Shown piece after piece: positions 8,753 to 17,514 of a DNA stretch of 64,000 nucleotides. The notes beneath the pieces were generated by a model, which was given only the letters and a program-made list of their open reading frames with translations, did no database searches and was not told where the DNA came from. The translations under genes were made by a program, and so were the position numbers. The DNA lies in the NCBI GenBank assembly GCA_963798285.1, contig CAWCSR010000003.1, forward strand, positions 500 through 64,499, written 5' to 3'. This DNA comes from an uncultured Thermoleophilia bacterium. Its GTDB lineage: Bacteria > Actinomycetota > Thermoleophilia > UBA2241. Every line of letters begins with the position of its first letter. The first letter of the stretch is position 1.

Positions 8753-8836
8753 GGGGGTAGGGGGTTGAATCACGAACGGCGACAGACGCAGACCCTGCCT
8801 ACCCCCGTCCGCGCGCAATCCTCAAACTGGAGTTTT
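8753..8836 (+). other. Putative cos-like packaging site
   Basis: G-rich GGGGGTAGGGGG, 9-bp inverted repeat (8753-8761/8798-8806), then CGCGCGCAA. Resembles cos regions of HK97-like phages (recalled pattern, not searched). Confidence 0.4.
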
Positions 8837-8846
8837 GGTCACGATA

Positions 8847-9239
8847 ATGAATGAGGGTGTGACGAAATGCCCCGAGTGCGGCGTCCCGGTGCACCAGGCG
8901 GGCGGGAGAGGGCGCGCTAGGATCTACTGCTCCGACTCCTGCCGCAAGGCGGCCCACCGGAGCCGCTCGACGTCTTGGGAGTGGCTGCAGGAGAACAGGC
9001 CGCAGGCCTCCAGCTGGTCGAACGAAGGCCTCCCGAACCTCGCCGAGGAGGTGCCGGCGCCGAGCGGCTCCCAGGTGGACCAGGTGGCCGAGAGCATCAT
9101 CGTGGCCAGTGCCCTGGTCGCTGAGTTCCGTCGTCACGCCGTGGCTTCGACTTCACCGCGACTGGCCGCCAGGTGCGGGCGCGTCGCGGATGCGCTCGAC
9201 GCGGCGCTGGCCACCGAGTTCGCCGAGGTGTTCAAGTGA
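8847..9239 (+). CDS. Zn-finger (CxxC...YCSxxC) plus helical protein, paralog 2
   Basis: KCPECGVPV...GRARIYCSDSCRKAAHR; C-terminal helix similar to 8400..8738. Confidence 0.75.
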   Translation: MNEGVTKCPECGVPVHQAGGRGRARIYCSDSCRKAAHRSRSTSWEWLQENRPQASSWSNEGLPNLAEEVPAPSGSQVDQVAESIIVASALVAEFRRHAVASTSPRLAARCGRVADALDAALATEFAEVFK

Positions 9240-9570
9240 CGAGTTTCTGAAGCCCGTGGGCGGCGGCGTCCGATCGGCGTCGGCCTCGTCGTCCTCGGCT
9301 GGGCGGTCGGTCTTCCTCCTTTCCCGACCGTTCGGGAAGCTGAGACCAGCGGTTGTGTCGACCGCCCTCAGCAAAGGCGGCCCCGGGGGGACCACCCCCG
9401 GGGCCGCTGCACAAATGAATCCTCGACTCTTCGTCGTGGGGGGAAAGACAGTCTGCCTTTCGCGCACGCTCAGGCTCGTGATAGCGTCATATACAGAAAG
9501 CGGCTGTCTGCGTCGATGACAAACGCAGACTGTCTAATTGTTGTTATCTGTACTAGACCGTAGACGAAGG

Positions 9571-10512
9571 ATGGGGCCACCAATGGCGCATGATGCTGGG
9601 GCTGGCGACTCGGGCCACGACGCTGAAGCCATGCGGCAACTCCGCAGCCAAGCCCTGGTCACGCCGCCTGCGCAGCTCGGCATCGCTCCCAGCGAGGACT
9701 TCCCAATCGTCTACGGTGCCGTGATGGACTGGCCTGTCGGCGAAGAGACCGCCACAGTCGTGGCGTTCTGCGACGGCAACGTCAGCCTGTACACCACGTC
9801 GACCTTCGGCGTCATCGGCGGAGTCGGCCACGCTGCGGTCCGGGACAGCGCGCTCGTCTTCGTCCGGACTGCTGCGCCACAATACGAGGCTGCGACCCCG
9901 ACGTCGGACCCGCCCTTGCCAAGACCCGACCGTGTCCAGTTCTGCCTGCTCGGCTTCAACGGCGCCAGGCTCGTTGATGCTGACCTGGATGCCGTGTGCG
10001 CAGGGAACGACCGACTCAGCGACCTGTTCGACGCCGGTCAGGCGCTCCTGACTGAGCTGCGGCTTGTGGCTGACCCAGAGTCGGCGAACGAGCCACCCGA
10101 GGAGGCAGGTCGCGAGTCAGCTGCCGGCGCGTACGTGAACTGCCTGCTGACGCTGATGGCGGAGGGAACCGTCCGGTCGGTCGAGATCCGGTCATCAGCT
10201 CCGGTCCCGGACCTCGAGCAGCTCGCCGCGGGCAATGCTGACGCGGGGTGGGTGGCCGATGAGGGGCTGCGCTACGACTCCATCGAGCCGCTGGAGGTGA
10301 TTCTCCTCTTGAGTCGCCTCGCGAAAGTCCCGGGGTCAGCCTTCCTGGCCAGGCGGGGAGAGCTGCGTGCAGACCGTGCATGTCCGGATGGGTCGCGTGT
10401 TCCCTGCCTCTTCGACGTCCGCATCGGCCGTTCCAACCGCTCTGCAACCGTCGTCGTCGCTCCGAGCGATGACCCGAGGGTCGCACCCCAGGGTGGGATG
10501 GCTGCAGGATGA
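9571..10512 (+). CDS. Hypothetical cargo protein
   Basis: Open ORF of about 310 aa with protein-like composition, convergent with the integrase. No family recognised; start uncertain (9571 or 9583). Confidence 0.7.
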   Translation: MGPPMAHDAGAGDSGHDAEAMRQLRSQALVTPPAQLGIAPSEDFPIVYGAVMDWPVGEETATVVAFCDGNVSLYTTSTFGVIGGVGHAAVRDSALVFVRTAAPQYEAATPTSDPPLPRPDRVQFCLLGFNGARLVDADLDAVCAGNDRLSDLFDAGQALLTELRLVADPESANEPPEEAGRESAAGAYVNCLLTLMAEGTVRSVEIRSSAPVPDLEQLAAGNADAGWVADEGLRYDSIEPLEVILLLSRLAKVPGSAFLARRGELRADRACPDGSRVPCLFDVRIGRSNRSATVVVAPSDDPRVAPQGGMAAG

Positions 10513-10660
10513 GCCAGATAACAAGTGCATCAACCTGATGCGCCGGAGCGCCGAGATACACTGTGGGCGCACAGCGCACAGGTTATGCACCAAGCGTTAG
10601 ACGCATCGACCGGAGGCCGGAGATGCCTCCGCTCTTCCCATGGATCTGGAGGCCTCTGGT

Positions 10661-11857
10661 CTAGCCTAGCAGGCCGTCGAGAGCCTTCACCGCTGCCTCC
10701 TGGGAGCCAGGGAGAAGGTGCGCGTATCGGTCGAGAGTCATGGCCGCCGAGGCATGGCCCACCCTCGCACTCACGTCCTTCACGTTGACCCCGGCATGGA
10801 GCAGGTGCGTGATGTGGGTGTGGCGCAGGTCATGGAAACGGAGACCCTCGTAGCCCAGAGCTCTCATCTCACGACGAAAGACGTGCTGCAGGGCCTTCGG
10901 TGAGCGCGGGCGGCCGGCCGGGAAGTCCTTGGGCTCGGCAACGACGTAGTTCGACGTCGGCGTCGTGTCGGGAAACACGAGGTCCTGGTCTTCCCATCTC
11001 CAGCCAAGGCGCAACCGCAACGCATTCTGCCGCCGCCGGTGCTCCTTCAGAATCTGCACCGTGTCGGGATGGAGAGGCACCGTGCGCCGGCTACCCTTGG
11101 TCTTGGGTGCCTTCAGTCTGAGCGTCGTGCCGACCTCCTCCAGCGTATGACGCACGATCAGCGTGCCCTTCTTCAGGTCGACATCGGACCACTTCAGCGC
11201 GAGAATCTCGCCCAGGCGCAGGCCGGTGCTGACAGCGACAGCGACGGGCGCCCACAGTGCACGACGCGCCTTCTGCTTCTTCGGGTCCGCGTCATGGAGC
11301 GCCTGAACAAGCTTCTTCGTCTCCACCGGGGTGAGCACGCGGAACTCCCGGGCCTCATGGCGCGGCAGCTTGAGCCGCGCAGCGGGGTTGCGCGGCATGT
11401 AGCCCCAGTCGACGGCCTGGTTGAGCGCCACCCGGAGGGTACGGTGGATGTGGTGGACCATGCTCACGGAGACCTGTTTGCCGAGGAGGCTCCCGTAGTA
11501 CCCCTGCACGTCCTGCGGACGGATCCGCTCCACCTTCAGCGCCGATAGGGGCGACTGCTTCAGGTAGTTCTTGCAGATCATCTCGTATAGCTCGTGGGTG
11601 CGCGCGGAGCGGTTCGGCTTGATGACGCCGGCGAGCCAGTCGTCCAGAAACTCCGACAGGCTCCCGGGCCGCTCGATTGTGAGCTCGCCGCTGCGCTTCT
11701 CCTGGTTGAGCGTGAGGAGCTTGTCGTGCGCCTCGTCCTCGGTCGCACAGGTGAAACTCTGACGATGGTACCGGCCATCCTTGCCGCGGCCGGTGGAGAT
11801 CGTCACCTGCCAGGTCTCGCCCCTCTGGCGAACACTTCCCTGTAGTCGTCTCGGCAC
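10661..11857 (-). CDS. Tyrosine integrase of element 2 (intact)
   Basis: TGLRLGEILAL, APKT, FHDLRH, VGH and RY catalytic set; N-terminal arm-binding-like region. Confidence 0.96.
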   Translation of the reverse strand: MPRRLQGSVRQRGETWQVTISTGRGKDGRYHRQSFTCATEDEAHDKLLTLNQEKRSGELTIERPGSLSEFLDDWLAGVIKPNRSARTHELYEMICKNYLKQSPLSALKVERIRPQDVQGYYGSLLGKQVSVSMVHHIHRTLRVALNQAVDWGYMPRNPAARLKLPRHEAREFRVLTPVETKKLVQALHDADPKKQKARRALWAPVAVAVSTGLRLGEILALKWSDVDLKKGTLIVRHTLEEVGTTLRLKAPKTKGSRRTVPLHPDTVQILKEHRRRQNALRLRLGWRWEDQDLVFPDTTPTSNYVVAEPKDFPAGRPRSPKALQHVFRREMRALGYEGLRFHDLRHTHITHLLHAGVNVKDVSARVGHASAAMTLDRYAHLLPGSQEAAVKALDGLLG

Positions 11858-11881
11858 ATCTCCCCCCGTCTGAGGCTATCT

Positions 11882-11901
11882 TTGCGCCAAATCTTGCGCC
11901 A
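11882..11901. repeat. Arm-type site pair TTGCGCCA x2 near the right att
   Basis: Copies at 11882 and 11894, matching 3327/3339. Confidence 0.6.
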
Positions 11902-11958
11902 CGCTGTCGCGACAGTCAACGAGGAGTCCAAGGAAAGTGCCATTTTGCAGGAGAATTA

Positions 11959-12035
11959 TGGTCGGGACGGCGAGATTTGAACTCGCGACCCCCTGCTCCC
12001 AAAGCAGGTGCGCTACCAGGCTGCGCCACGTCCCG
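11959..12035 (-). tRNA. tRNA-Pro(TGG), intact copy at the integration junction
   Basis: CGGGACGTGGCGCAGCCTGGTAGCGC...TT-TGG-GA...AGTTCAAATCTC...CCA, 77 nt; TATACT -10 at 12047-12052. Confidence 0.96.
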
Positions 12036-12090
12036 GACGCCGCGCCAGTATACCCCATGACCCGTGAGCGGAGCCCGCGCTCCGGCGGCG

Positions 12091-12486
12091 CTACTCCCCG
12101 AGGTACGGAAGCGTGAGGCCCTGCCCGGGCTGGAGTCCCGAGCCACCGAGGTGGTTGGCCTCCTTGATGGCGTACACGGCCTTGCGCAGGTCTGCGCCGC
12201 CGCCGTACTGGCCGGAGGCGATGGTCCAGAGGTCGTCGCCCGCGTGCACGGTGTAGTGGTGACCTGTGTACACGGCACCGTCGACGCTGGCGTGGGCGAC
12301 GCGCACGCCGGCCCACACGGCCACGAAGATCAGGAGGAGGAACACGGCGAAGCGGATGAGGCCGGCCACACGGCGCCTGCGCCGCTGGCGCCGGCCGACC
12401 CTGCCGAGAGACCGCGAGGCCGGCGTCGCCGAGCGCCGAGCGACCCTCGTGCCGGGGACGGTGCGCAGGCGAGCGTGCTCGCTCAC
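12091..12486 (-). CDS. Membrane-anchored LysM protein (YneA/ChiZ-like SOS cell-division inhibitor)
   Basis: Basic N-terminus, one TM helix, then YTVHAGDDLWTIA...IKEANHLGGSGLQPGQGLTLP; last gene of the lexA operon. Confidence 0.8.
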   Translation of the reverse strand: MSEHARLRTVPGTRVARRSATPASRSLGRVGRRQRRRRRVAGLIRFAVFLLLIFVAVWAGVRVAHASVDGAVYTGHHYTVHAGDDLWTIASGQYGGGADLRKAVYAIKEANHLGGSGLQPGQGLTLPYLGE

Positions 12487-12713
12487 CTGGGGACCTCGCG
12501 CAGGCGGCGCGGCACCACACCGCTCATCTCGCTGCCGCACCGGGAGCAGGAGACGGTGACTGCGCCGCTCCACAGATCCGCGGCCGCGACGACCGCGTGG
12601 CCTCCGCACCACAGGCAGGACACTTCGCGCCCGGCGAGCGCGGCGGCGAGTGACTCGTCGACGGCGTCGGCGAGCGTTGGCTGGACTGCTGTGGCGAGAG
12701 GCACGGTACTCAT
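12483..12713 (-). CDS. Small zinc-ribbon protein
   Basis: CLWCG...CSRCG; overlaps both the lexA stop and the LysM start. Confidence 0.65.
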   Translation of the reverse strand: MSTVPLATAVQPTLADAVDESLAAALAGREVSCLWCGGHAVVAAADLWSGAVTVSCSRCGSEMSGVVPRRLREVPR

Positions 12714-13321
12714 AGCTGGCGAAGGACCCCCACGACTCGGCCGACGAGTTCCACCTGGTCGGCGTTGACGATGATCGGCTCGTAGTTGTCGTTCTCGGCG
12801 ACGAGCCGCACGTGGGCTCCGTCGCGGTAGAAGCGTTTGGCGGTCGCCTCGTCGTCCCCGACGCCGGCGACCCTGGCGACGACGATCTCCCCGTCCCGAG
12901 CCTCCGGCTGCGGGTGGACGACGATGAGGTCGGCGTCGAAGATCCCGGCGCCGACCATGGAGTCGCCGCGGACGCGAAGCACGAAGTCTCCGTCGTCGCG
13001 CCGCAGGAAGCCGGGGACGTCGACGAGCTCCTCCACGTTGTCCTCGGCGAGGATCGGCGCGCCGGCGGCGACGCGGCCGACCAGCGGCAGCGGACGCGGC
13101 GGGCGCAGGTCCTGGACGACGTCGAGGGCACGAGGCTTGGTGGGATCGCGCCTGATGAGGCCCAGGCGCTCGAGGTTGGCGAGGTGCGCGTGGACGGTCG
13201 ACGGCGAGGACAGATCGAGCCCCGCGCAGATCTCCCGCACGGTCGGCGGATAGCCGTTGGCGCGCACGCTTTCGCGGATGAACTCCAGTACCTGCTCCTG
13301 CCGCGGTGTGAGACCTTCCAC
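12710..13321 (-). CDS. lexA: SOS repressor LexA
   Basis: LTPRQEQVLEFI...GYPPTVREI, VAAG cleavage site, GDSM (Ser), ATAK (Lys); GTG start with GGAGGAGG RBS. Confidence 0.97.
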   Translation of the reverse strand: MEGLTPRQEQVLEFIRESVRANGYPPTVREICAGLDLSSPSTVHAHLANLERLGLIRRDPTKPRALDVVQDLRPPRPLPLVGRVAAGAPILAEDNVEELVDVPGFLRRDDGDFVLRVRGDSMVGAGIFDADLIVVHPQPEARDGEIVVARVAGVGDDEATAKRFYRDGAHVRLVAENDNYEPIIVNADQVELVGRVVGVLRQL

Positions 13322-13338
13322 CGTTCCTCCTCCTGTGG

Positions 13339-13386
13339 CGAACATGTGTTCGTGTGGAGCCTAGAGCGAACCCGTGTTCGTGTCAA
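13339..13386 (-). promoter_or_regulatory. lexA promoter (TTGACA-N17-TAGGCT) with two SOS boxes
   Basis: CGAAC-N4-GTTCG at 13339-13352 and 13367-13380; -35 at 13381-13386 and -10 at 13358-13363. Confidence 0.9.
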
Positions 13387-13539
13387 GATGCATGATAGGA
13401 ACGGCCTCGGACGGATGTTTGCGCACCTGCCTCGCGCCGAGGCACAGGACGCGAGGGGCGCCGTCACCCTGCGGTGGCGGCGCCCCTCGGCGCAGTGCTG
13501 GACGCCGCGCCCGGAGCGGGCCGGCGGTGATCCTTGCGA

Positions 13540-14193
13540 CTACTTCTTGTACGGGCCGATCGGCAGCACGACGCGGCCGTAGAGCTCGTTCCACACCTGG
13601 GCGATCGAACCGTAGACGGCGGAGAAGCCCACGAAGATGCCCTCCCAGCCGGCGATCTTGGTGATGGTCGCGTTGCCCGTCCACTCACCCAGAGCGAGCA
13701 GGATGAACAGGATCGTCAGGCTGAGGAACACCGTCTGCAGCGAGCGGTTGATGCGTAGCGTGCCGACGAACATGAGGACGGTGAACAGGCCCCACGCGAT
13801 GAGGTAGTAGCCGAGCGCCGTGCTCGTGGCGCCGAGGTCGAGACCCGCGCTGCCCATCCACTTGGGGAAGGCGAAGATACCCACGAACGAGAGCCAGAAG
13901 AGGCCGTAGGAGAGGAACGCCGTCATGCCGAACGTGCTGTTCTTCTTCCACTCCATGATGCCGGCGATGACCTGGGCGATGCCGCCGTAGAACACGCCCA
14001 TCGCCAGGATGATGCCGCTGAGCGGGATGAGGCCGGCGTTGTGGACGTTGAGCAGGATGGTGGTCATGCCGAACGCCATGAGGCCGAGCGGGCCGGGGTT
14101 GCCGGTCGCGTCGCGCAGCGTGGCGGTGATGGTGCCGCGCTCGCCCATCGGGCCCGTCGCGCTGGCGAGCGGCGTCTTGGGTTGGTCACTCAT
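13540..14193 (-). CDS. satP: Acetate uptake transporter, GPR1/FUN34/YaaH (SatP) family
   Basis: [27 protein letters not shown] motifs; 6 TM helices. Confidence 0.92.
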   Translation of the reverse strand: MSDQPKTPLASATGPMGERGTITATLRDATGNPGPLGLMAFGMTTILLNVHNAGLIPLSGIILAMGVFYGGIAQVIAGIMEWKKNSTFGMTAFLSYGLFWLSFVGIFAFPKWMGSAGLDLGATSTALGYYLIAWGLFTVLMFVGTLRINRSLQTVFLSLTILFILLALGEWTGNATITKIAGWEGIFVGFSAVYGSIAQVWNELYGRVVLPIGPYKK

Positions 14194-14372
14194 CTATGGA
14201 AGCCTCCACTCTTGGTAGATCGTCGGGGATGGATCGTCCGCGGACGCCGCCCCCGGGTCGCGCCTTTTCGACGTCGCAAACTCGCGGAGTTCTATCACGA
14301 AGCGACGCGCAGGCCAAGTTCCGGCGTGCACAAGGAGCCTGAGTGAGGCGGATCGCTGCGGCGGCGCCGAGC

Positions 14373-15719
14373 TCAGCGGGTGACGGTCGTACGCCTGACG
14401 AGCGAGTACTCGGGGCCTCTGTCATGGTCACCGGGCCACCAGGCGCGCCAGCTGGTCGTCTTTCGCACGCGGACGCGGGCGCGCCACGAGCCGTTGGCGG
14501 CCGTGCGCACGATGCGAGCGGTCAGCCACCGGCCGCCGGTCTTCCGCTGGATCTTGACCGGGGTGCCGGCGGTGGCCCAGGAGACGAGGGCCCCGGGCGT
14601 CGCTGCGGCGGGCACGGCAAGCGTGCCCTTCAGCGTCGCGACACCGCCCCGGCGCACCCTGCGCGTGGCCGACGCCAGGCGCAGGTTCTGCGGGATCAGC
14701 AGGGTCGCCTTGTACCCCACCGTCCGCAGCCCGGTCGCCGGCGGTCCCGGCTGCGCCGGCGCGACGGCGAAGGGCTGGGCGGCGGCCAGCCAGAGGACCG
14801 GCACGTAGTGATACGCCTGCTGCGGGACCCACGGTCCCGCGGCCTGCACGGCGAAGCCGCCCTGCAGGCCGTACCAGTCGTCTCCCGTCAGCGGCGCCGC
14901 CGCGTGCCGTTGCCGGCCGAAGAGGTCCCAGTGCGAGTAGTCGGTCGGCTGGCTGACGGGGACGGCGTCACCCTGCGGGTCCCAGAGGGGTGGATAGACG
15001 TACTGTTCGAAGCTCGCGGCCAAGGCACCGGAGGCCGGCGTCACCGTGCGCCTGGCCACGTTGGCAGGGTACTGCAGGCGGCACTCCACCTGACCCTGCG
15101 AAGTCGGCGTCAGGTCAAAGGGGCCGCCGTACGGCGCTCCGGCCACCTTCAGCGTGGCGCCGGCAGCGGCCGGCGCCCGGAAGGACCGCCGCGTGAATGT
15201 GGCGGCGGAGGTCGTGTCCGTACTGCCGGCGGCGACTCGCGGCAGGTACCCGGTCAGGCTGATGCGAGACACGGCGTTGGCGGCCTGCACGACAACGTAG
15301 TACGCGTCCCCGCGCACGCCGTCGTCGACGGGGTCCTGGTCGAGCACGTCCGACACCGCGTAGTCGACGACCTCACGGCCCGGCTCCAGCGAAAGGAAAC
15401 CCTGAGGGTACGTGCCCGGACACACCTGCCACTCCTGCGACCCCTTGGCCACCGGGCCGAGAAGATAGACGAAGCAGTCGCCGTCCGCGGGCGCGTAGGT
15501 GAGCTGCACGTGGATGTCGCCGGTGTGGGTGACGTTCGCGGGAAGCCGGTAGACGCAGACCTGGTCCCGGCCCCAGATGGTGCGCTCGGTGAGTCCGGGG
15601 ACGGTCTGCCGCTCGGTCCACGAAGCGACGGCTGCGGCCGCCGCCGCACCTCCGGCGCACATGCCGAGCCACGCCACGATCATGCCCAGGACCAGCGTCC
15701 CGACGAGTGCCTTGCGCAC
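14373..15719 (-). CDS. Secreted hypothetical protein
   Basis: Signal peptide VRKALVGTLVLGMIVAWL...AAA; basic beta-rich C-terminal domain. Confidence 0.75.
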   Translation of the reverse strand: MRKALVGTLVLGMIVAWLGMCAGGAAAAAAVASWTERQTVPGLTERTIWGRDQVCVYRLPANVTHTGDIHVQLTYAPADGDCFVYLLGPVAKGSQEWQVCPGTYPQGFLSLEPGREVVDYAVSDVLDQDPVDDGVRGDAYYVVVQAANAVSRISLTGYLPRVAAGSTDTTSAATFTRRSFRAPAAAGATLKVAGAPYGGPFDLTPTSQGQVECRLQYPANVARRTVTPASGALAASFEQYVYPPLWDPQGDAVPVSQPTDYSHWDLFGRQRHAAAPLTGDDWYGLQGGFAVQAAGPWVPQQAYHYVPVLWLAAAQPFAVAPAQPGPPATGLRTVGYKATLLIPQNLRLASATRRVRRGGVATLKGTLAVPAAATPGALVSWATAGTPVKIQRKTGGRWLTARIVRTAANGSWRARVRVRKTTSWRAWWPGDHDRGPEYSLVRRTTVTR

Positions 15720-15795
15720 GTGGGTCCTCCTCCCGCCCGCGGATTCACTATACTGTCGGCGGCTCGGCCACTTCCCTGAAGAGAATCCCCTGTCA

Positions 15796-17404
15796 ATGCT
15801 CGCAGCGCCAAGACGCATAGAGAATCCAGACCGCCGCCACGGCTACGCGCTCGCGGTGGCGCTCATCCTGCTGGTCTCGGCGGCCGTCCGCCTGTGGCAG
15901 CTCAGCACGCCGGCCGACATGATGTTCGACGAGATCTACTACGCCAAGGACGCCAAGGCCATCGTCGACGGTCGTGTGGGCACCCACGGCCCGTACCGTT
16001 GGGCGGCCGGCGACGAGGTCTCCTGGCCGCATCCGGAGATGGGCAAGTTCGCCATCGCCCTCGGCATCCTGCTGTTCGGCGACCGCTCGTTCGGCTGGCG
16101 CCTTCCGGCGGTGATCGCCGGCCTCGGCCTGCTCGCCTGCGTCTACCCGCTCGGACGGAGATTGGGTCTTCCGCCCCCCTGGGCCATCCTGGCGCTGCTC
16201 TTCGCGGCCGCCGACCCATTAGGCATCGCGCAGTCGCGCATCGCGACACTGGACATCTTCATCGCCGTCTGGACGGTGGTCTGCATCCTCTTCGCCCTGC
16301 GCTACGTGCAGGACGGCTGGCGCACGCGATGGCTCTTCGCGAGCGGCGCCGCGGGCGGCATGGCCGTGGCCACAAAGTGGTCCGGCGGCCTGGCCATCAT
16401 CGCCGCGGCGCTCATCATCGCCGCCGCGTGGGTACTGCAGCGGCGCGAGGTCAGAGCAGGCGGCGGCCGGAGTGGCGGACGACGGCACTCCCCAGCCGGC
16501 ACAGCCGCGGCACGTGAGCCCGCTCGGCGTGCCGCCGCATGCCGAAGCCGTCCCGGCGCCCGCCCCCCAGGGGTCCGCCGGCCGGCGCATCGCGCTGGTC
16601 GTCACGGCGCTCGTCGCCGTGCCCATCGCCGTCTACATGCTCAGCTTCACGCAGTACTTCCTGCACGGGCACACGATCGCCGACTTCATCGAGCTCACCC
16701 GGCAGGCGATCTACTTCAACCTCCACCTGCACGCCACGCACACGTACGCGTCGCTGGCGCCCACGTGGATCATCGACTATCGCCCGGTCTGGTACTACTT
16801 CGAGGGCACGACCACGTACCACGGCGTCATCGCCATCGGGAACCCGCTCCTCTGGTGGCTCGCGTGCGTGTCCCTCGTGGCGGCCGTCGTGCTGGCGCTC
16901 CTGCGCCGCTCGTACGCACTCCTCCCCGCGGCGGCCGTCATCGCCGTGCTGTACGCGCCGTGGTTCCTCACGACGCGCACCTCGTTCCTGTACTACATGA
17001 CGCCGGTGGCGCCGTTCATGGCCATCCTGGCCGCGGCGGCGCTCTGCCTGTTCGCCGGCGGCATGGTGCCGCGCCGGGGCTGGCTGACGGCCGGCGCCGC
17101 GGCGCTCGCCGCAGCCGTCCTGTGGCAGCCCATCGGGATCGGCGCCGACTGGCTCTTCTGGACCCTCCCGCGCCGCGCCGGCGCCTCGCTCGGCTACGTG
17201 GGGGTCACCGTGGGCGTCCTGCTGGCGCTCGCGGTGGTGATCCTCGTGCTGTCGCCGCAGATGCGACGCTACCGGCCGTGGACGGCCATGGTCGTCGCGG
17301 GCCTCGTGATCGGCATCGTCGTGGCGTTCATCCCCATCGTGCTCGCGCTGCCCATCTCACCCACGTACTTCAGCCACATCATGTGGTTCCCCAACTGGAT
17401 CTGA
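15796..17404 (+). CDS. Protein O-mannosyltransferase (PMT/GT39), frameshift near 16460
   Basis: MFDEIYYAKDA, HPEMGK, FGWR, SRIATLD, ATKWSG; C-terminal HTYAS..W..YRPVWYY, GNPLLWW, FLYY. Confidence 0.88.
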
Positions 17405-17514
17405 GCGCAGGAGAAGGGGGCGGGGCGGCGGCCGCTGCGGCCTCCGCCCCGCCCCCTCTGCGTCTGTGCTCACCGGCGCCGGAGACGGGAGTCTCCGCCG
17501 GCGCCTCTTCCCTC

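Larger units (their letters stand above)
3197..12003. mobile_element. Complete phage-satellite-like island (element 2, ~8.8 kb) integrated in tRNA-Pro(TGG)
   Basis: 45-bp att direct repeats, intact integrase, AlpA/Xis, primase-ATPase, HK97 capsid and protease. Confidence 0.9.

Noticed and set aside
9446-9535. Retron-like a1/a2 inverted repeat
   Set aside because: There is no reverse transcriptase in the element or the window.
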